From Candidatus Bathyarchaeota archaeon (GTDB lineage Archaea; Thermoproteota; Bathyarchaeia; TCS64): a stretch of 64,000 nt of DNA. Under the pieces are notes generated by a model that did no database searches, had not been told where the DNA came from, and worked only from the letters and a program-made list of their open reading frames with translations. Position numbers and translations under genes: made by a program. Shown piece after piece: positions 59,403 to 64,000 of this stretch; position 1 is the stretch's first letter, and each line of letters opens with the position of its first letter. The DNA lies in NCBI GenBank assembly GCA_016930055.1, contig JAFGHP010000082.1:3-64002 (forward strand). Reading direction: 5' to 3'.

Positions 59403-60299
59403 ATGTCTGAACCTACAGATTCCCTTTTAGAAGCTGGTAGAATAGCTGCTCAAGTTAGAGAAGATATTAAAAATAAAGTTAAACCGGGAGTCAAGGTAAT
59501 TGACTTATGTGATTCAGCAGAAAGAATGATCGGAGATTTAGGTGGAAAACCAGCATTTCCTTGTAATATTGACATAGATAGAGTTGCAGCACACTATGTT
59601 TCTCCTTTAGGAGATACAACAGTGATAGAACAAGGGCAACTTGTGAAAGTTGACATTGGTGTTCATATTGATGGGTATATCGCTGATACCGCAGTTACAG
59701 TCTGTCTTAATCCTACTCTTAAAAACATGGTTGAAGCGGTTGAAGCTGCTCTTGAAGCTGCAATAAAAACAATCAAGACTGGTGTAAAAACATCTGATAT
59801 TGGTGCAGTAATTGAACATACTATAAAAAACCGTGGCTTCAAACCTATCCGTAATTTAACTGGGCATAAACTTTCTAGATATATAGTTCATGCTGGAAAA
59901 AGCATACCTAACATTCGTACAATGTTAGGCGAGAAATTACTTGAAGGAGAGGTGTTTGCAGTGGAACCATTTACTGTTCTTTCTACTTCTGCTGGAGAAG
60001 TTCGAGATGGAGCATCAAGTAACATTTATCGATTTGATAAAAAGAGAAATTTTTCTAATACTATTACTAAAGAAATGTTAAATTTTATTCAATCTGAGTA
60101 TCGTACTTTACCTTTTGCGAGCCGATGGGTGCTTCGACGTTTTCCAGGTTCCGATGGTATAAATGCTTTCGATGAATTGATAAAATTTAAGAGCATTTAC
60201 AGTTATCCACAATTAATTGAAAAGACTAATGGTGTTGTAGCTCAAGCTGAGCATACAATTATTGTAACAAATGAGGGGTGTATTGTAACTACTCGATAA
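59403..60299 (+). CDS. map: methionine aminopeptidase, type II (archaeal)
   Basis: 298 aa pita-bread fold. Metal ligands in the VDIGVHIDGYIADTA and NLTGH contexts. Has the type II insertion. Confidence 0.85.
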   Translation: MSEPTDSLLEAGRIAAQVREDIKNKVKPGVKVIDLCDSAERMIGDLGGKPAFPCNIDIDRVAAHYVSPLGDTTVIEQGQLVKVDIGVHIDGYIADTAVTVCLNPTLKNMVEAVEAALEAAIKTIKTGVKTSDIGAVIEHTIKNRGFKPIRNLTGHKLSRYIVHAGKSIPNIRTMLGEKLLEGEVFAVEPFTVLSTSAGEVRDGASSNIYRFDKKRNFSNTITKEMLNFIQSEYRTLPFASRWVLRRFPGSDGINAFDELIKFKSIYSYPQLIEKTNGVVAQAEHTIIVTNEGCIVTTR

Positions 60300-60729
60300 A
60301 ATTTTGTTTCTTTTCTTTTTCGGGGTCTTTCTTTTTATGTATTCGTGATATTATCATATTCCCATCACATCGTGTACAAGCTTCATCATTTTTGAAGATA
60401 TAGTCTCCTTTCTTAAATTCTCTTACTCTTCTTAAATTACATTTAGGACATTCAAGTGTCGTAAGAATATCTACTTGTGGGATGTCTTGCTTTGTTTGAG
60501 AGCTAGGTCTTCCCCCTCTAAATAGCATATAACCTATTGCAGCGAATCCAAGTGCTCCAATCAAAATATATATGTAAGCAGTAATTTGGTCTTCTGTAAA
60601 ACTTTTAAATCCTAAATATAGACTTGCTAATGATAATATTCCGATAATTACTATTATTACCAGATTTACTCTAGATGCATTTATACTTGTTACTGGAGGT
60701 GGGCTCCCACCTTGACTATTTGTTTTCAT
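60289..60729 (-). CDS. membrane protein with C-terminal zinc-ribbon (CxxC...CxxC)
   Basis: 146 aa. N-terminal 2 TM helices, then CPKCN...CTRCDG. Confidence 0.45.
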   Translation of the reverse strand: MKTNSQGGSPPPVTSINASRVNLVIIVIIGILSLASLYLGFKSFTEDQITAYIYILIGALGFAAIGYMLFRGGRPSSQTKQDIPQVDILTTLECPKCNLRRVREFKKGDYIFKNDEACTRCDGNMIISRIHKKKDPEKEKKQNFIE

Positions 60730-61847
60730 TATTGACCAACTCCTATTGTATTACCTATTCCTGCTACAATGACGGTGTCACCTGGTCCTGAATAATCCAT
60801 AATGATTCTTTTAACGGATTCACCAGCTTTCTCTGCTCCCTCTGCTAGTTCTTCTACTAATGGAGCCATGACATGTTCTTGACCTTGTTTTATAGCTATT
60901 GCATGTACAGGAATTTTGAATTTGGTTGCTATCTCCTCTATCTTAAACTTCTCTTTTCCGGTTCCCCCGATAGCTGCACCCACTCCTTCAGATACCGCTC
61001 CTACTGGTTCACCTTCCATTTTCCCCGCTGCATCAATCATTATAATTATCTTAACTTTACCTTCTTTTTCATTAAGAATATTTATTATTGCTTCATCAGG
61101 AGTACCAACTGTTCCACCAGGACCTTTAGCCTTCATAACTATGAGAGTTCTACCATCAAAAGGAACTTCTGCTGAAACCATTTCTTTGGAGATATCTCTT
61201 TTAGGATAATCTTTCATAAGTCTTCCCGCTACTATTGGACCAACAGAATCTCCTATCGGTATTCCTTCACGAGTGGCTTGTATTCCAACTGTTAAAGACT
61301 CAACTAATTGCATTATTAAAGGTAGAATCATATGAACTTGAAGAATTATATATATGTTCATAGTTTTTTTACCCATAAGGTAATTATGCCTCATGGCTTT
61401 GTAGATGTAATTTAACTCAAAAGTTAAGCCTACTAAGTTTTCGAGGTTCTGTCTTTCAATTTCGCTGGCATTAGGTGCAATTGCTTTTACTTCAGCTTCA
61501 AATATGTTATGATTAACTTTTAGATACTGATCTAATTTATCTACAATCCCATAAGGATCCATATCGGTAAGAGGTATGCTGATAAATTCTAATATTCTGT
61601 CAACTTTGTTAGAGACGTCAACACCGGGTTTTCCGACTTCATTTATTGTGTTTAAAGTAACTCCCCGTGCTTCATCTCGGATTTTTTTTAATCTTCTTAA
61701 TGTCGCTTCAATTTGGTTAAGCATTTGAAGACTCTGCAACTTTTGTGCATAAACAAGATAAATTATGAATGCGAGGCTAAACAACGTTTGGATTATGACA
61801 TTGAAATCTGTCTCTTGTTGTAAAATTTGACCAATTAGTATAGACAT
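60729..61847 (-). CDS. conserved archaeal hypothetical protein (membrane-anchored N-terminus)
   Basis: 372 aa. Start overlaps the stop of 60289-60729. Gly-rich segments (GAVSEGVGAAIGGTG). No confident family. Confidence 0.5.
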   Translation of the reverse strand: MSILIGQILQQETDFNVIIQTLFSLAFIIYLVYAQKLQSLQMLNQIEATLRRLKKIRDEARGVTLNTINEVGKPGVDVSNKVDRILEFISIPLTDMDPYGIVDKLDQYLKVNHNIFEAEVKAIAPNASEIERQNLENLVGLTFELNYIYKAMRHNYLMGKKTMNIYIILQVHMILPLIMQLVESLTVGIQATREGIPIGDSVGPIVAGRLMKDYPKRDISKEMVSAEVPFDGRTLIVMKAKGPGGTVGTPDEAIINILNEKEGKVKIIIMIDAAGKMEGEPVGAVSEGVGAAIGGTGKEKFKIEEIATKFKIPVHAIAIKQGQEHVMAPLVEELAEGAEKAGESVKRIIMDYSGPGDTVIVAGIGNTIGVGQ

Positions 61848-61962
61848 TTAATCACTGTTGAGAAACTATATACAGTTATAAATCTTAGTCTAAAATGACC
61901 TATATAACCATATTAATTTAATTTATTTTTTTACCTTAAATTTTTAAAAATATTATTGAAGG

Positions 61963-62089
61963 GTGGGCCACCAGCTTTCTTGGTTTTGCGTCGCCGAAGA
62001 CAACACTAATGCCATGAACGGAGTGTGGTTTAACTTCCGAGTTCGGAATGGGTTCGGGTGGGTCCCACACCCTTTGGCCGGTAACCCAG
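61963..62089 (-). rRNA. rrf: 5S ribosomal RNA (orphan, not linked to 16S/23S)
   Basis: Reverse complement reads ...GGGUUACCGGCCAAAGGGUGUGGGACCCACCCGAACCCAUUCCGAACUCGGAAGUUAAACC...CAUGGCAUUAGUGUUG...GCUGGUGGCCC. This matches universal 5S loop-C and helix-III motifs (CCCACCUGACCCCAUGCCGAACUCAGAAGUGAAAC in E. coli). An 11-bp helix I closes the molecule (GGGUUACCGGC / GCUGGUGGCCC, with G-U pairs). Confidence 0.8.
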
Positions 62090-62126
62090 AGATTGTCTTC
62101 ATGTCTTAAGCTTAAACATTTCGGTA

Positions 62127-62438
62127 TTAAACAAGGTTAAACTCTATAACCCATATTTTTTTAGTATCTTCCCATTCACCATAAATTTTGGTCCATACTT
62201 TCTTGTACTCGTTTAGAGATGACAAACCTTCTTTTATTGCATCTTCTTCAGTTATTTCACATAAAAACTGAGTGTAAATTCTTTTTATGTAGATTTTTTT
62301 ATCAAGGTATTTAGAGTAACCAATTCTAATTAAGTATGTTTCTCCTTCTTTAACAAATGGTTTTTTAAATCTACGCGTAACTGTTTTTTTCCCATTTAAA
62401 ATAAGTGGGACTTGTTCTTTTTTCCATAGCAGTGTCAA
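62127..62438 (-). CDS. ASCH-domain (PUA-like) protein
   Basis: 103 aa. ILNGKKTVTRR...GETYLIR...IEITEE matches the ASCH beta-barrel pattern. Confidence 0.55.
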   Translation of the reverse strand: MTLLWKKEQVPLILNGKKTVTRRFKKPFVKEGETYLIRIGYSKYLDKKIYIKRIYTQFLCEITEEDAIKEGLSSLNEYKKVWTKIYGEWEDTKKIWVIEFNLV

Positions 62439-62569
62439 TATATAATGAATATTTTTTTAACTTTAAAAGGTAAAGTATGTTTTAACCTTAATCGAGTAAA
62501 AGTTAGTTTATGAATTTTCAACTAATTTAATAATGTCAATTATATCCTTCAATAAGATGATAAGAGAAT

Positions 62570-63244
62570 ATGGATTCAAATAATTTTGATCCAGATAACC
62601 TTTTTGGATTTTTAGAAATAATTGGTGGTCACTTTTCAGAAGATGGCGATGTTATTGTTGGCATTCTTGATTTAGCACCCAATGTTGAGGCAGCTATTGT
62701 TCAGGTCTATCCTGCAGGAACTATAAAAAAGAAATCAGAAGGTCAAAAATTAAATTTAAATCCTTCAGAAATAAAAACTGCTATAGTTGAAATTTCATCA
62801 ACTGCTAGAGAAGATTATCAGAAAAACGTTGTTTTCTCGCGTATGTCTGATATCCGTAACCCTGTTTTTCTTGATGTGTTAAAACCTAGATCCCACGAAT
62901 CTTCAAATGTACCTTGTACTCTAGCTATAATTAGCCTACCTCCAATAAGTATAAACATACGTGATAAAAATGTGTTTGAATATATTAAAGAAAAATTTCT
63001 TAAATTAAGTGTAACCTCTTTGGAAAGAGTTTTAATTGATGTTGCTGGTTATTCGTTGCCATTTGCAATTAGTTATGCTTATCCTAAGGAAAGAGTATTG
63101 ATAAGTAAAGAGACCTTTATTTCATTTCTAATACCTGTTGGTATGGTAGATGATAAAGTCGGTTTTGATTTTTATCCTCAAATTCCTGACGAATTAATGC
63201 TACTTTTTCCTAATCAGCCCTCTTTAAAAAAGCAATCTTCTTAA
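62570..63244 (+). CDS. hypothetical protein
   Basis: 224 aa. No recognisable motif. Confidence 0.4.
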   Translation: MDSNNFDPDNLFGFLEIIGGHFSEDGDVIVGILDLAPNVEAAIVQVYPAGTIKKKSEGQKLNLNPSEIKTAIVEISSTAREDYQKNVVFSRMSDIRNPVFLDVLKPRSHESSNVPCTLAIISLPPISINIRDKNVFEYIKEKFLKLSVTSLERVLIDVAGYSLPFAISYAYPKERVLISKETFISFLIPVGMVDDKVGFDFYPQIPDELMLLFPNQPSLKKQSS

Positions 63245-63272
63245 GTTATGAAAGTAACCGTTTTTTCTGCAA

Positions 63273-63401
63273 GGGGTCGTGGTCTAGACAGGTATGACGT
63301 TGGGCTCCAGAAAATAATAAAAACTTAATCTGACCGTAGAGGGATGAAGAGTTTTTGGAGCAGAAACCCAAATGCCGGGGGTTCAAATCCTCCCGACCCC
63401 A
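63273..63401 (+). tRNA. tRNA-Trp (anticodon CCA) with ~56-nt intron at the canonical 37/38 position
   Basis: Acceptor GGGGUCG/CGACCCC with discriminator A. D arm GUCU-AGACAGGUA-UGAC. Anticodon stem UUGGG/CCCAA with loop CU-CCA-G, interrupted after nt 37 by ~56 nt (AAAAUAAUAAAAACUUAAUCUGACCGUAGAGGGAUGAAGAGUUUUUGGAGCAGAA). Variable loop AUGCC. T arm GGGGG-UUCAAAU-CCUCC. No encoded CCA. Confidence 0.75.
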
Positions 63402-63637
63402 TCTTGAACGTAAAAATCGATTTTTCTAGATTTTTTCATAAAAAATAAAAATTTTAATTCTTATAATATTTAAAAATTACATTTTTATTTTTTTCTTTAA
63501 GACCAGATATTTCATTTTAACAAATATTTTTTTAGTTGATTCACTTTTTAAGCTACTAATATTCAAATGTCTGTTTAAGACTTTGATTAAATATAAATAG
63601 TATATAGAGACTTTATAATAATTGGTGTATTACAAAA

Positions 63638-63814
63638 ATGACTGCAGGTTGGAGCAAAGCTAAGGATAGTAAAAAATTAACTTGGCACTACTTTATGGAT
63701 GAGAATCGTCCATCATTATGTGGGTTAGCCCCAGCAGCTGAATGTTGCCAGGAAAAACCAGATGAGTATTGGGCTTGTGAAGTTTGCAAAAGGAAGTTAA
63801 AAGATCTTCAGTAA
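63638..63814 (+). CDS. unannotated 58-aa Cys-rich small protein
   Basis: MTAGWSKAKDSKKLTWHYFMDENRPSLCGLAPAAECCQEKPDEYWACEVCKRKLKDLQ. C-x...CC...C-x2-C pattern. Below the 60-aa track cutoff. Confidence 0.3.
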   Translation: MTAGWSKAKDSKKLTWHYFMDENRPSLCGLAPAAECCQEKPDEYWACEVCKRKLKDLQ

Positions 63815-64000
63815 TTTCATAGCCTCTATTCATTAAATAAAAATAATAACCCGTGTTTTGATTTTTCTGAAAAATCTCACTTATGATGATTTGTGTAATT
63901 TAATTTTGTTTCAATTAAAAGTTATTTTGTTTATCAAATATTCCGATAATAAATTCTGTGACTCCAAGGAATATTAGACATAAACCACCAATAAAAAACG

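Noticed and set aside
828-61209. About 35 ORFs of 60-160 aa in the supplied track that lie antisense to, or fully inside, large well-supported genes. Examples: 828-1160, 4074-4280, 4553-4735, 13536-13727, 15303-15662, 17377-17622, 19567-19854, 19999-20253, 21019-21231, 23413-23790, 24166-24381, 24535-25164, 27877-28071, 29358-29591, 29907-30237, 31035-31304, 31832-32026, 33592-33819, 39454-39660, 40250-40477, 42358-42543, 43896-44286, 44880-45362, 46706-46948, 48079-48507, 50464-50739, 51576-51758, 53301-53483, 55262-55546, 57171-57389, 58340-58633, 59607-59819, 60873-61209.
   Set aside because: Each overlaps a gene with strong motif support on the other strand. Their translations are low-complexity (S/F/L/I-rich), as expected from reading AT-rich coding DNA in the wrong frame. 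None has a recognisable motif.
1-64000. CRISPR arrays, integrases/transposases, and prophage or plasmid modules.
   Set aside because: No regularly spaced direct repeats were seen. No DDE/tyrosine-recombinase-like ORFs were found. No phage structural genes were found. The only insertion-like signal is the short direct repeat around the NTase gene.

Overview
This is an AT-rich (roughly one-third GC) archaeal chromosomal segment, densely packed with genes and showing many 4-nt ATGA start/stop overlaps. Gene content is archaeal informational and housekeeping: archaeal-type DnaG primase, archaeal TyrRS, a NurA-HerA-Mre11-Rad50 cluster, KEOPS Cgi121 with Sua5/TsaC, a crenarchaeal/thaumarchaeal-type SSB, type II methionine aminopeptidase, argG, GTP-PEPCK, GAPDH, FolC, a ZnuABC operon with a NikR-like regulator, and several transporters. 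The combination of an orphan 5S rRNA, SRP RNA and an intron-containing tRNA-Trp fits a Nitrososphaeria/Thaumarchaeota-like genome, but that is inference from content only. Four RNA loci not in the ORF track stand out as GC-rich islands: SRP RNA (~26892-27217), a second structured RNA that may be RNase P RNA (~21415-21665), 5S rRNA on the minus strand (~61963-62089), and tRNA-Trp(CCA) with a ~56-nt intron (63273-63401). I found no CRISPR array, integrase, transposase or recognisable defence island. The candidates for something new are a three-member family of ~840-aa M14-carboxypeptidase-like proteins with a C-terminal class-I-amidotransferase-like domain, a tandem pair of uncharacterised paralogs, a class A beta-lactamase homolog lacking both catalytic serines, a small Cys-rich ORF interrupted by an in-frame TAA that continues as protein-like sequence, a structured GC-rich leader in front of dnaG, and an NTase/HEPN-like gene bracketed by a short direct repeat. 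Most of the 60-100-aa ORFs that lie antisense to large genes in the supplied track look spurious.
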